This document shows, piece after piece, positions 9,800 through 19,676 of a stretch of DNA of 64,000 nucleotides. A program made the translations under genes and the position numbers. Source of the stretch: an uncultured delta proteobacterium (GTDB lineage: Bacteria > Myxococcota_A > Polyangia > Polyangiales > Polyangiaceae); contig CAWAIF010000003.1 of the NCBI GenBank assembly GCA_963782055.1, positions 4,672,001 to 4,736,000 on the forward strand, written 5' to 3'. Within the stretch, counting starts at the first letter, position 1. Every line of letters begins with the position of its first letter. Below the pieces are notes generated by a model. That model saw only the letters and a program-made list of their open reading frames with translations. It did not search any database and was not told where the DNA came from.

Positions 9800-10690
9800 G
9801 TGAGATCTCTCGTTCGGCGCACGGCTCTGCTCGCTGTCCTTGGCGCCGTCGGGGCCTGTTCCCTCTTCGTCGACACGGGCGGGCTCGACACCGAGACCGA
9901 CGACGGCGGCGGCCTCGACGGCACGCTGGACGTCTCCTCGCCCGACGCGGGCGACGCGAGCGCGGCCGACGCGAGCGACGCGAGCGACGCGAGCGCGGCG
10001 GACGCGGGCGACGCGTCGGAGGGGGGGTGCCCGTCGGGCAAGGGCCCGGAGATGGTCGCCATCCCCGGCGGCTTCTGCATCGACAGCACGGAGGTCACGC
10101 GGGGCCAGTACGCGGCGTTTCTCGCGACGTCGCCGAGCACCGCCGGGCAGCCGGCCGTGTGCTCGTGGAACACGAACTTCACTCCGAGCAACTGGAGCCC
10201 GACGCCCTCGAACTACCCCGTCGCCAGCGTCGACTGGTGCGACGCGTACGCCTTCTGCAAGTGGGCGGGCAAGCGCATGTGCGGCGCCATCGACGGCGGC
10301 CCCCTCCCCTTCAACTCGGCCACCAACCCGAACCAGTCGCAGTGGTACCGCGCCTGCAGCGACAACGCCGCGCTCGTATATCCGTACGGCAACAGCTACG
10401 TCGCCGGCACGTGCAACGCACCGACCGGCGACGCGTCGATCGCGGCGGTCAAGAGCTTCGCCGGATGCCAGGGCGGCTTCGGCGGCCTCTACGACATGGC
10501 CGGCAACGTCGAGGAGTGGCAGGACTCCTGCCAGGGCGACGCCGGCCCAGGTGACGCGTGCCGCGATCAGGCGGGTACCTTCGGCTATGTCTCCGGCGAC
10601 CCGGTCAACAGCACCAAGTGCACGTTCCTCGACACCGACTCGCGCGGCAACCACCTCGGCGACCTCGGCATCCGCTGCTGCTACCCGTGA
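9800..10690 (+). CDS. FGE-sulfatase (SUMF1/EgtB/PvdO) domain lipoprotein
   Basis: Lipobox VGAC; IDSTEVT, VDWCDAYAFC.WAGKR, GLYDMAGNVEEW, GIRCC. Confidence 0.88.
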   Translation: MRSLVRRTALLAVLGAVGACSLFVDTGGLDTETDDGGGLDGTLDVSSPDAGDASAADASDASDASAADAGDASEGGCPSGKGPEMVAIPGGFCIDSTEVTRGQYAAFLATSPSTAGQPAVCSWNTNFTPSNWSPTPSNYPVASVDWCDAYAFCKWAGKRMCGAIDGGPLPFNSATNPNQSQWYRACSDNAALVYPYGNSYVAGTCNAPTGDASIAAVKSFAGCQGGFGGLYDMAGNVEEWQDSCQGDAGPGDACRDQAGTFGYVSGDPVNSTKCTFLDTDSRGNHLGDLGIRCCYP

Positions 10691-10939
10691 TCGCGGCGTC
10701 ACCTCGGGTTGCCGCTGCCGCCGCGTCGCGCATCGGTCCCTGCGACAGACGGAAGAAGAGACGCCCTCCCGAGGTTCACCCAGCGTGCGCGAGGACATCG
10801 CGCGGCTCGACGCCACGACGCTGCGCGCCATGCTCGGCGACAAGCTCGAGCTCGCCATCCGGCTGCTCGAGGCGGAGGGCGAGGTCGGCGACCCCGGCGC
10901 GGAGCGCCTCCTCGCGGCGCTCCGCGGGTGAGCGCGCGC

Positions 10940-11545
10940 TCACCGCGACCGCGCCGGAACCACCCGACAGTCCCGCTCCACCATCATCTCTGCGGCCCCG
11001 TCTCGCAGGTGGTCCCGCACCGTTTGCAGGTCCGCCGAATCCATCGGCGCCGCGTCGAGGATCGCGCCGGTCACCGTGTCCCGGACGGAGACGTGCATCG
11101 GCGGCATCCCCACCATCATGCTGGGCATCGCGGTGGGAGCCTGCGCGCCGGTGTTCATCCGGTCGGCCAGATCGCGGACGCGTCGCTGGAGATCGGGGAC
11201 GCTGGTGGTCGTGGTGAAGGTCACCGTCATGCCCATCGCGGTGTCGAGCGTGTGGATGATGGTGTCGGGGACCGCCATCGGGCAGAACGTCGCCTCGCCG
11301 GACGCGGCGTTGACGGTCCCGCCGGCGGGCGCGGGCGCGGCGTAGCTCTCGCCCCCGCCGATCGTGACGACGCGCGCCGGCGCGATGCTGCGCGCGGCGG
11401 CGCGGGCCGCGATCGCCGGGACGGACGGTGACGCGCGCACGGGCGCGGAGGTGACCGTGACGGGAGGAGCGGCCTCCTGCGCGCACCCGGAGAGAGAGAG
11501 GAGCGTCGCGACAGCGACGACGGCGGCGAGGGATTGACGGCTCAT
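10940..11545 (-). CDS. Hypothetical lipoprotein with Met-rich segment
   Basis: GGAG RBS, lipobox LSGC, CPMAVPDT motif, MPSMMVGMPPM segment. Confidence 0.65.
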   Translation of the reverse strand: MSRQSLAAVVAVATLLSLSGCAQEAAPPVTVTSAPVRASPSVPAIAARAAARSIAPARVVTIGGGESYAAPAPAGGTVNAASGEATFCPMAVPDTIIHTLDTAMGMTVTFTTTTSVPDLQRRVRDLADRMNTGAQAPTAMPSMMVGMPPMHVSVRDTVTGAILDAAPMDSADLQTVRDHLRDGAAEMMVERDCRVVPARSR

Positions 11546-11590
11546 CGGCATTCTCCACGGGGTCGCCCGGAGGCGCCCCACGCGGGACGC

Positions 11591-11606
11591 TGCACCACCT
11601 GTGCCT
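11591..11606 (-). promoter_or_regulatory. Putative sigma54 promoter for the 10940-11545 lipoprotein gene
   Basis: AGGCACAGGTGGTGCA on the minus strand, GG-N10-GC spacing. Confidence 0.45.
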
Positions 11607-11692
11607 GTGCGCGCCTCATCCGGTCCGCGCGCGGCAGGAGGGGCCCCCCTGGCCCTGGTCTCCGTGCCCGAAAAGACGCACATTGTGCTGCC

Positions 11693-14600
11693 GTGCCCCG
11701 CGCCGTCAGAGATCCGCTCGAGCTCTTCGCCCCGCCGACGCGCGCCTGGTTTCGCGCCGCGCTCGGGGAGCCGACGGCGGTGCAGGCGCGCGGGTGGCCG
11801 CCCATCGCGCGCGGCGAGTCCGCGCTCCTGCTGGCGCCCACCGGATCCGGCAAGACGCTCGCCGCCTTCCTCTCCGCCATCGACCGGCTGGCCTTCGCCG
11901 AACCCGCAACCCCCGCGCCTCCCCGGCGCGGCCGTGGCAAGCGCACGCCCGCGTCGGCCGAGGGCGTGCGCGTCCTGTACGTCTCTCCCCTCAAGGCGCT
12001 CGCGGTGGACGTGGAGCGCAACCTGCGCGCCCCCCTCGCGGGCGTCATGCAGCAGGCCTCCCTCGCGGGAGTGAGCGCGCGCCCCATCACCGTCGGGCTG
12101 CGCACCGGCGACACGCCCCCGCGCGAGCGCGAGCGGATGCGCAAGCACCCGCCGGACGTGCTCATCACCACGCCGGAGTCCCTCTACCTGCTGCTCACCT
12201 CCGAGGCGCGGCACGGGCTCGCCTCGGTGCGCACGGTGATCGTCGACGAGATCCACCAGCTCGTCAGCACCAAGCGCGGCGCGCACCTGATGGTCTCGCT
12301 GGAGCGGCTGGAGGCGCTGCGGCCCGCGGGCGCGCCGGCGCTGCAGCGGGTCGGGCTCTCCGCGACGCAGCGGCCGCTGGAGGAGGTCGCCCGCATGCTG
12401 GGCGGCTACGACGACGACGGCGCGCCCCGGCCGGTGAGCATCGTGGACGCGGGGCGCAGCCGGCCGTTCGAGCTGTGCGTCTCCACGCCCGACGTGGACC
12501 TCGCCCGCCTGGGGGATCACGAGGACACGCCCGCGGGGGAAGCCGAGGACGCGATGACCCGCCGGTCCATCTGGCCGCACCTGCACCGCCGGGTGGTGGA
12601 GCTGATCCGCGCGCACCGCTCGACGATGGTGTTCGTCAACAGCCGGCGCCTCGCCGAGCGCCTCGCCTCCGCCGTCAACGATCTGGCGGGCGAGGAGATT
12701 GCCCTGGCCCACCACGGGTCGGTCGCGCGGGAGAAGCGCGCCTTCATCGAGGACCGCCTCAAGCGCGGGGATCTGCCCGCCATCGTCGCCACCTCCTCGC
12801 TGGAGCTGGGGATCGACATGGGGGCGGTAGATCTGGTGCTGCAGATCGAGGCGCCGCCCTCCATCGCCTCCGGGCTGCAGCGCATCGGCCGCGCCAGCCA
12901 CCAGGTGGGCGGCGTGCCGGAGGGCGTGCTCTTCCCCAAGCACCGCGGCGATCTGCTCGCGTGCGCCGCCGCCTCGGAGGGCATGCGCGAGGGCGCTGTG
13001 GAGGAGACGCGGGTGCTGGAGAACGCGCTGGACGTGCTCGCCCAGCAGGTGGTCGCGATGGTGGCGGTGGAGGACCGCGCGGTGCCGGTGGCCGAGGTCC
13101 TCGCGCAGGTGCGCCGCGCCGCGCCCTTCGCGCGGCTCCCGCGGTCCGCCTTCGAGGGCGTGCTGGACATGCTCGCGGGGCGCTACCCGTCCGACGCCTT
13201 CGCCGAGCTTCGGCCGCGCGTCACCTGGGACCGCCTCAAGGGCACGCTGCGCGCGCGCCCCGGCGCCAGGCGTCTCGCCATCACCAGCGGCGGCACCATC
13301 CCCGACCGCGGCCTGTACGGCGTCTTCCTCGCCACCGGGGACGAGGAGCGCGGCGGCAAGCGCGTGGGGGAGCTGGACGAGGAGATGGTCTTCGAGATGC
13401 GGGAGGGCGACGTCTTCCTGCTCGGGGCCTCGTCGTGGCGCGCCGACACCATCACCTCCGATCGCGTGCTGGTCACCCCCGCCGCCGGCGAGCCGGGCCG
13501 CATGCCCTTCTGGCACGGCGATCGCGCGGGGCGGTCGTTCGCCTTCGGGCGGCGCGTCGGCGGGGTGGCGCGCGCCATCGACGAGAAGAAGCCGGCGGAG
13601 GCGATGCGGTGGCTCGCCGAGCACCACCACCTGGACGCCAGCGCGGCGGAGAACCTGGTGCGCTACGTGGCCGACCAGCGCGCGGAGGGCGGCGCGGTGC
13701 CGACGGACAGGACCGTCGTCATCGAGCGCTTCGTCGACGAGGTGGGCGATCTGCGGGTGTGCATCCTGACGCCCTTCGGCATCCGGGTGCACGCGCCCTG
13801 GGCGATGGCGGTGCTGGGGAGGCTGCGCGCCGCGGCGCTCGGGGAGCCGGACGTGGTGTGGTCGGACGACGGCATCGCCTTTCGCATCACCGCGACGACG
13901 GACCCGCCGCGCGCCGACGTGTTCCTCCCGCGCGCGGAGGAGGTGGAGGAGCTGGTGAGCGCCGCGCTCGGCCAGTCCTCCCTCTTCGCCGCGCGCTTCC
14001 GCGAGGCGGCGGCGCGGGCGCTGCTGTTGCCGCGGCGCGCGCCGGGGCGTCGCTCCCCCTTGTGGGCGCAGCGCAAGCGCTCGGCGGACCTGCTCGCCGT
14101 CGCCTCCGGCTTCCCCTCCTTCCCCATCGTGCTGGAGGCCTACCGCGAGTGCCTGCGCGACGTCTTCGACCTGCCCGCGCTGCGCGACGTGCTCCGCCGC
14201 GTGGAGACGCGCTCCATCCGCGTCTCGCACGTGGAGTCCACCTCGCCCTCGCCCTTCTGCGCGTCGCTGCTCTTCTCCTTCGTCGCCAACTTCATCTACG
14301 ACGGCGACGCCCCGCTGGCGGAGCGGCGCGCCCACGCCCTCGCCATCGACCACGCGCAGCTCAAGGAGCTGCTGGGGGAGGCGGAGCTGCGGCAGCTCTT
14401 CGACGAGAAGCTCGTCGCCGCGGAGGAGCGCCTGCGCCTCCGCCTGGACGTGCGCGTGACGACGGAGGACGCCCTCGCCGATCTGCTGCGCGAGCTGGGG
14501 GACCTGACGCGCGACGAGCTGGCGCTCCGCTCGCCCGATCCCCGCGCGCTGGACGCCCTGCTCGCCGGGCTGGGGCGCGACCGGCGCGTCGCCCGCGTGC

Positions 14601-16279
14601 GCGTGGCGGGACAGGAGCGCTTCATCGCGGCGGAGGACGCCGCGCGCTACCGCGACGGCGTGGGTGCGGTGCCGCCACCCGGACTCCCGGGCGCCTTCCT
14701 GGAGCCTGTGGCGCGTCCGCTGGTGGAGCTCGCGGCGCGGTACGCGCGCACGCACGGGCCCTTCACCCCGGCGCAGGTCGCCGCGCGCCTGGGCGTCAGC
14801 GAGGACCGCGTCACGCGCGCGCTGGAGGCGCTGGTCGCCGACGGACGGGTGGTGCCGGGCGCCTTCCTGCCGCAGGGCACGGGCACCGAGTACTGCGGCA
14901 AGGACGTGCTCGCCTCGCTGCGGCGCAAGGCGCTCGCCGCGCTTCGCAAGGAGGTGGAGCCGGTGGACGGGCCGACCTTCGCGCGCTTCCTCGCGGCGTG
15001 GCAGGGCGCGGCGGAGCCGGCGCGCGGGGCGGACGCGCTCGCCACCGCCATCGCCCAGCTGGAGGGCGCGCCCCTCATGGCCTCCGCGCTGGAGACCGAC
15101 GTGCTCCCGGCGCGCGTCGCCGGCTACCGGCCGGGCGCGCTGGACGCGCTCGTCGCCTCCGGGCTGGTGGTGTGGGCCGGCGTCTCGCCCGTTGGCGCTG
15201 GGGATGGCCGCGTGGCGCTCTACCTCGCCGAGCACGAGGCCCTGCTCTCCCCTGCCCCGCGGGAGGCGGAGGGCGAGCTGCCCGCGCGCATCCGCGCGCT
15301 GCTCGGCGCTCGCGGCGCGCTCTTCTTCGGTGAGATCGCGCGGCAGCTCGGCGGCTACGGGCGAGAGATCGAGGAGGCGCTCTGGGACATGATCTGGTCG
15401 GGCGAGCTCACCAATGACACGCTGGAGCCGCTGCGCGCGCTGACCCGCGCCGCGCCGGATCGCCGCAACGCGCCGCGGGCCGCCATCCTCGGCGCGCTGC
15501 CTCGCGCGGCGGCGCTGGGAGGCACGCCGGGCATGGGCGGGCGCTTCTCCCTGCGCGCGGCGCGGTGGGACGCGATCCCCACCGACACGCAGCGGCGCGC
15601 GGCGGTGGCGCAGGCGCTGCTCGAGCGCCACGGCGTGGTGGTGCGCGACGCGGCCGACGGCCTCGCCGGAGGTTTCTCGGCGGTCTACGACGTCTACAAG
15701 GCGCTGGAGGGATTGGGGCGGGTGCGGCGCGCCTACTTCGTGCAGGGCCTGGGCGGCGCGCAGTTCGCGCTGCCGGAGGCGGCGGAGCGACTGCGGGCGA
15801 TGCGCACGTCGCCCGGCGCGCGCGGGGCCGCGCTGTGGCTGGCGGCGACGGATCCGGCGAACCCGTACGGCGCCCTGCTCCCCTGGCCCGCGCCGGCGGA
15901 GGACGCGCCGGCGAAGCCGCAGCGCGCGGCGGGCGCGCACGTCATCCTGCACGACGGCGCGCTGCGCGCGTGGGCGGCGCGGGGCGGCGAGAGCCTGCTC
16001 ACCTTCCTGCCGGAGGAGGAGCCCGCGCGCGGCCACGCGTGCGCGGCGGTGGCGCGCGCGCTGGCGAGCCGCGTCGACGCCGGCCGCCGCCGCGTGCTGC
16101 TGGTCGAGACCGTCGACCGACGGCCGGCCGCGGAGAGCCCGCTCGCGCCGTACCTCGCGCGCGAGGGCTTCGTCCTCGGGGCGCGCGGCTTCATGAAGCG
16201 CGGCCGCGCGGCGCTGGGGGACGATCCCGCGCGCGCCTTCCCCGTGCGCGGCACGCAGCGGAGCGAGCCGCTTGGCTGA
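11693..16279 (+). CDS. lhr: Lhr family ATP-dependent helicase, full-length form
   Basis: APTGSGKT, DEIH, SAT, HHGS, LELGID, QRIGR; C-terminal ATDPANPYG Lhr motif. Confidence 0.92.
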   Translation: MPRAVRDPLELFAPPTRAWFRAALGEPTAVQARGWPPIARGESALLLAPTGSGKTLAAFLSAIDRLAFAEPATPAPPRRGRGKRTPASAEGVRVLYVSPLKALAVDVERNLRAPLAGVMQQASLAGVSARPITVGLRTGDTPPRERERMRKHPPDVLITTPESLYLLLTSEARHGLASVRTVIVDEIHQLVSTKRGAHLMVSLERLEALRPAGAPALQRVGLSATQRPLEEVARMLGGYDDDGAPRPVSIVDAGRSRPFELCVSTPDVDLARLGDHEDTPAGEAEDAMTRRSIWPHLHRRVVELIRAHRSTMVFVNSRRLAERLASAVNDLAGEEIALAHHGSVAREKRAFIEDRLKRGDLPAIVATSSLELGIDMGAVDLVLQIEAPPSIASGLQRIGRASHQVGGVPEGVLFPKHRGDLLACAAASEGMREGAVEETRVLENALDVLAQQVVAMVAVEDRAVPVAEVLAQVRRAAPFARLPRSAFEGVLDMLAGRYPSDAFAELRPRVTWDRLKGTLRARPGARRLAITSGGTIPDRGLYGVFLATGDEERGGKRVGELDEEMVFEMREGDVFLLGASSWRADTITSDRVLVTPAAGEPGRMPFWHGDRAGRSFAFGRRVGGVARAIDEKKPAEAMRWLAEHHHLDASAAENLVRYVADQRAEGGAVPTDRTVVIERFVDEVGDLRVCILTPFGIRVHAPWAMAVLGRLRAAALGEPDVVWSDDGIAFRITATTDPPRADVFLPRAEEVEELVSAALGQSSLFAARFREAAARALLLPRRAPGRRSPLWAQRKRSADLLAVASGFPSFPIVLEAYRECLRDVFDLPALRDVLRRVETRSIRVSHVESTSPSPFCASLLFSFVANFIYDGDAPLAERRAHALAIDHAQLKELLGEAELRQLFDEKLVAAEERLRLRLDVRVTTEDALADLLRELGDLTRDELALRSPDPRALDALLAGLGRDRRVARVRVAGQERFIAAEDAARYRDGVGAVPPPGLPGAFLEPVARPLVELAARYARTHGPFTPAQVAARLGVSEDRVTRALEALVADGRVVPGAFLPQGTGTEYCGKDVLASLRRKALAALRKEVEPVDGPTFARFLAAWQGAAEPARGADALATAIAQLEGAPLMASALETDVLPARVAGYRPGALDALVASGLVVWAGVSPVGAGDGRVALYLAEHEALLSPAPREAEGELPARIRALLGARGALFFGEIARQLGGYGREIEEALWDMIWSGELTNDTLEPLRALTRAAPDRRNAPRAAILGALPRAAALGGTPGMGGRFSLRAARWDAIPTDTQRRAAVAQALLERHGVVVRDAADGLAGGFSAVYDVYKALEGLGRVRRAYFVQGLGGAQFALPEAAERLRAMRTSPGARGAALWLAATDPANPYGALLPWPAPAEDAPAKPQRAAGAHVILHDGALRAWAARGGESLLTFLPEEEPARGHACAAVARALASRVDAGRRRVLLVETVDRRPAAESPLAPYLAREGFVLGARGFMKRGRAALGDDPARAFPVRGTQRSEPLG

Positions 16280-16823
16280 CGATCTGCTCGCCCGCTCGCG
16301 CGCCTTCGTGGCGGAGATGCAGCGCGAGTTTCCGTCCTTCCGCGTCCGCTACAAGCGCGACAGCCGCCTGCAGCGCGCCATCCACGTGACGCTGGCCGTC
16401 GTCACCTTCGGGGGGATGCGCACCTACGCGACCGAGTACCACACGGTGCTGTTCGGCACGCTCTGGGTGCCCGACTCGTGGGACCACATGCCCGATCTGG
16501 ACCGGGTGATCCTGCTCCGTCACGAGCGGGTGCACCTGCGGCAGCGGCGCCGCATGGGCGACGTGGTGATGGCGTTCGTCTACCTGGTCCCCTTCTTCCC
16601 GCTCTTGTTGGCGTACGGGCGCGCGCGTATCGAGTGGGAGGCCTACCAGGAGACGCTGCGCGCCACCGCCGAGCTGCGCGGGGTGGAGGCGGCGCGCGCC
16701 CTGCGCGGGGTGATCGTGGGGCGCTTCACCGGCCCCGACTACGGCTGGATGTGGCCGTTCCGCCGCACCGTGGAGCGCTGGTTCGACGAGACCATCGCGG
16801 ACATCGAGTCGACGCAGGCCTGA
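16272..16823 (+). CDS. Hypothetical protein with HExxH motif (possible zinc metallopeptidase)
   Basis: LRHERVHLRQ plus downstream E.EAY; overlaps the lhr stop. Confidence 0.7.
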   Translation: MADDLLARSRAFVAEMQREFPSFRVRYKRDSRLQRAIHVTLAVVTFGGMRTYATEYHTVLFGTLWVPDSWDHMPDLDRVILLRHERVHLRQRRRMGDVVMAFVYLVPFFPLLLAYGRARIEWEAYQETLRATAELRGVEAARALRGVIVGRFTGPDYGWMWPFRRTVERWFDETIADIESTQA

Positions 16824-16945
16824 GCGCGATCGCCGCGCCGTCCCCGCTCGGAGGTGTGCCGCACCGAGGAACGGGAACGGCGCGGCTCATGCTCAGTGAT
16901 CGCGCGCTCCCCGCGCGTTACAGGAAGCGGTGGCGGCACAAAGCT

Positions 16946-16971
16946 GTAACGGGCGCGCGCCCGGCCGCCAC
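16946..16971 (+). promoter_or_regulatory. Putative ECF promoter GTAAC-N18-CAC, with a divergent copy at 16896-16921
   Basis: Same motif and spacing as at 59341 and 62883. Confidence 0.5.
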
Positions 16972-17013
16972 CAGCCACATGAAGACCTGCGCACCTGACC
17001 GCAGGAGGCACGC

Positions 17014-17562
17014 ATGAAACGGCTTTCTTGGCTCATGACGATCGTCGCGATGTTCGGCTCGCTCAGCGCCGCGTGCAGCGGCGACTCCTTCGCGTCCACC
17101 GACGCCGCGACGCCACAAGACTCCGGGGCCTCCGACGCGACCGACGGCTCGTCGGTGGACGGCGGCGTGGCCGACGACGCGGGTCTGCCTCGTCTGGGCT
17201 GCGGCACCTCCACCTGCAAGCTGGGCGAGACGTGCTGCCTCTACACGAGCAGCGGCAGCGGCCCTCAGTACGAGTGCCACTTCAACTGTCCCGCCCCCCA
17301 GGGCGGCGCGCAGCTCTCCGAGCTGCGGTGCAACGGCGCCGCCGACTGCAACCTCGGCCAGGTCTGCTGCATCCACCGCAACGGCGGCATGAACCAGTCG
17401 TCCTGCTCGCTCACGCCCTGCACCGGCAACGACGTGCAGCTCTGCGATCCCTCCGCGCAGGACCCCGGGTGCCCGCCCAGCGCCTCCTGCTCCAGCAACA
17501 ACATCGCCGACTGGAACCTGCCGGACACCTTCGGCACGTGCGGCGGCCGACAGGTGCCCTAG
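17014..17562 (+). CDS. Cys-rich lipoprotein
   Basis: AGGAGG RBS, lipobox SAAC, numerous Cys including CC pairs. Confidence 0.8.
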   Translation: MKRLSWLMTIVAMFGSLSAACSGDSFASTDAATPQDSGASDATDGSSVDGGVADDAGLPRLGCGTSTCKLGETCCLYTSSGSGPQYECHFNCPAPQGGAQLSELRCNGAADCNLGQVCCIHRNGGMNQSSCSLTPCTGNDVQLCDPSAQDPGCPPSASCSSNNIADWNLPDTFGTCGGRQVP

Positions 17563-17617
17563 GTCGACGGCAGGCTCGTCCCCCGCGCGGCGCGCGCCGG
17601 GGCTAGACTGCGCGGCC

Positions 17618-18739
17618 ATGACCGCCAGTCCCCTGCCCCCCGGCCGCCGCGTCGTCGTCTCCGAGCTGGGCGAGACCCCGCCCGAAGCCATCGAGCACCA
17701 CATGGCGCTGGTGGACCAGTCCGCCCCCGATCCGGGTGCGCTCGGCCCGCGCGACATCATCGTCGCGGTGAAGAGCGTCTCGGTCGGCTGGGTCGACCTG
17801 CTCATGACGAGCGGCCAGTACCAGCACCTGCCGAAGCCGCCCTACTGCCCGGGCCTGGAGTACGCGGGCGTCGTCGCACGGACCGGCGCGGAGGCGGGCG
17901 ATCTGCGCGAGGGCGACGAGGTGCTGGTGGACGGCTTCCTGGCCGGCCCACGCTCCCTCGGCGCGTACCAGGCGTGGGGCGGCTTCGCGAGCTACGCCGT
18001 CGCGCCCGCTGAGGCGGTGCGCCGCATCCCCGGCGGGCTCTCCTTCGACCAGGCGTGCAACCTGCTCGGCAACTACGAGACGGCGTTCCACGCCCTGGTC
18101 GCGCGCGGCAAGCTGCAGGCGGGCGAGACGGTGCTCGTCCACGGCGCCTCCGGCGCGACGGGCCTCGCCGCCGTCCACCTCGCCAAGATCCTGGGCGCCA
18201 CCGTCATCGCCACCGGGCGGTCCGAGGCCAAGCTGGCGGTGGTGAAGGAGCAGGGCGCCGACCACGTCGTCAGCGCGCGCGCGGCGGAGGGCGAGCCCGG
18301 CGTGCGCCGCTTCCGCGACGACGTCAAGGCGCTCACCGGCGGCCTGGGCGTGGACGTCGTCTACGACGGCGTCGGCGGGGACATCTCCCTGGAGAGCCTG
18401 CGCTGCGTGAAGTTCGGCGCGCGCTTCCTCATCGTGGGCTGGGCCTCCACGCCCTTCGTCGCGAAGGGCAAGGGCCAGCGCGGGGCGCCCAACGCCAACG
18501 TGCTGCCGACCAACCTCATCATGATGAAGGGGCTGGACGTGCTCGGCTGCCCGACCGTCATCTCCACCGTCATGAACCCCGCCATCCGCGCGCCCCGGCT
18601 GGAGCGGGTCTGGGGCTGGGCGGAGGCGGGCAAGATCCGTCCCTACGTCTCGCACACCTTCCCCCTCGCCGACTTCAAGGAGGCCATGCAGGCCAAATGG
18701 AAGGGCGAGGTCATCGGCGGCTGCGTCCTCCACCCCTGA
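17618..18739 (+). CDS. NADPH:quinone oxidoreductase (MDR/zinc-binding dehydrogenase family)
   Basis: GQYQ..P.PPY.PGLE, VLVHGASGATG, GVDVVYDGVGG. Confidence 0.9.
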   Translation: MTASPLPPGRRVVVSELGETPPEAIEHHMALVDQSAPDPGALGPRDIIVAVKSVSVGWVDLLMTSGQYQHLPKPPYCPGLEYAGVVARTGAEAGDLREGDEVLVDGFLAGPRSLGAYQAWGGFASYAVAPAEAVRRIPGGLSFDQACNLLGNYETAFHALVARGKLQAGETVLVHGASGATGLAAVHLAKILGATVIATGRSEAKLAVVKEQGADHVVSARAAEGEPGVRRFRDDVKALTGGLGVDVVYDGVGGDISLESLRCVKFGARFLIVGWASTPFVAKGKGQRGAPNANVLPTNLIMMKGLDVLGCPTVISTVMNPAIRAPRLERVWGWAEAGKIRPYVSHTFPLADFKEAMQAKWKGEVIGGCVLHP

Positions 18740-18796
18740 AGGCCGCTCTTCCCCCCCCGTCCCCCCTGTCCCCCCCTCCTGTCCCCGGACACCAAC

Positions 18797-18828
18797 CGTC
18801 GGAGTGCAAGGGTCCTTGCACTCCGACG
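18797..18828. promoter_or_regulatory. Perfect 15-bp inverted repeat upstream of the MarR gene (candidate operator or terminator)
   Basis: CGTCGGAGTGCAAGG-GT-CCTTGCACTCCGACG. Confidence 0.55.
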
Positions 18829-18886
18829 TTTCCGCGGGATTCCGTGGGGAGGGGGGGGTGGCATGGGGGGTGCTTGGGGGGCGGGG

Positions 18887-19483
18887 ATGGATCCTGTGTT
18901 CTTCACGATCAAGCGGGCCTATTACGCGACGCTCCGGCTCACGCGGCGGGCGCTCCGGGCGATGGGGCTGACGGCGGCACGGTTCGACGTGCTCGATGCG
19001 CTCTACCGGCTCGGGACGGGGTGCGCACACTTCCAGAGCGACCTGCGGCGCGGGCTCGGCGTGGCGCGGGCCACCATCAGCGAGATGATGCGGTCGCTCG
19101 AGACGATCGGGCTCGTCACCCGGCGGCGTGACGGGCGCGAGGTCATCGTCGCGCTCACGCCCGAGGGGCGTCGGCGCATCCGGCGGGCGTACTACGGGCT
19201 CGTGCTCGTGGGGCACGTGGGGCTCGCGCTGGACGGCGCGCTTGCGCCGGGCGAGCGGCGCTGGCCCGACCCGCGGCGGTGCGCCAGCGCGCGCAGACAC
19301 CTCGAGGCGCTCTGCATGCGCATCCGGCTCGGATTCGGCGACGAGGCGACGCTGGACCGGCGTGCGGAGTACGGGTTCTGGGTTTCACGGGACGATGACC
19401 GTGCCCGCCGCGCCGGCGCTCGGCGGAAGGAGCGCCAGCGCGAGCTCGATCGCGCGCACGCGCTCGGCGCGCCTCCGCCATGA
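18887..19483 (+). CDS. MarR family transcriptional regulator
   Basis: GLTAARFDVL ... LGVARATISEMMRSLE..GLV.R....R...V.LTPEG winged-helix pattern. Confidence 0.8.
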   Translation: MDPVFFTIKRAYYATLRLTRRALRAMGLTAARFDVLDALYRLGTGCAHFQSDLRRGLGVARATISEMMRSLETIGLVTRRRDGREVIVALTPEGRRRIRRAYYGLVLVGHVGLALDGALAPGERRWPDPRRCASARRHLEALCMRIRLGFGDEATLDRRAEYGFWVSRDDDRARRAGARRKERQRELDRAHALGAPPP

Positions 19484-19676
19484 TCGCGTCCCCTCTGGAC
19501 CCACGCGGCATCTGCTGGCGCCGGGCGCTTCGCCCCCGCCGTGAGAACCCCGGAGCGCCGTCCCCGCGCGCGCGGGCCCTCCGCTGCGCATCGGGCTCAT
19601 CCGAAGGGCCGGATCCCGCTCGAAAATCGCGCCTTCTTCCGCGCCGGCCGGGTCCGTGCTAAAGACTCCGGCCCCT

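Noticed and set aside
9950..10020. Short DAS/DAG tandem repeats in lipoprotein linkers
   Set aside because: Ordinary low-complexity linker seen in several lipoproteins in this window.
10785..10931. Possible 48-aa ORF (MREDIARLDATTLRAMLGDKLELAIRLL...)
   Set aside because: Plausible codon bias but short, with no recognisable motif; not enough support to list.
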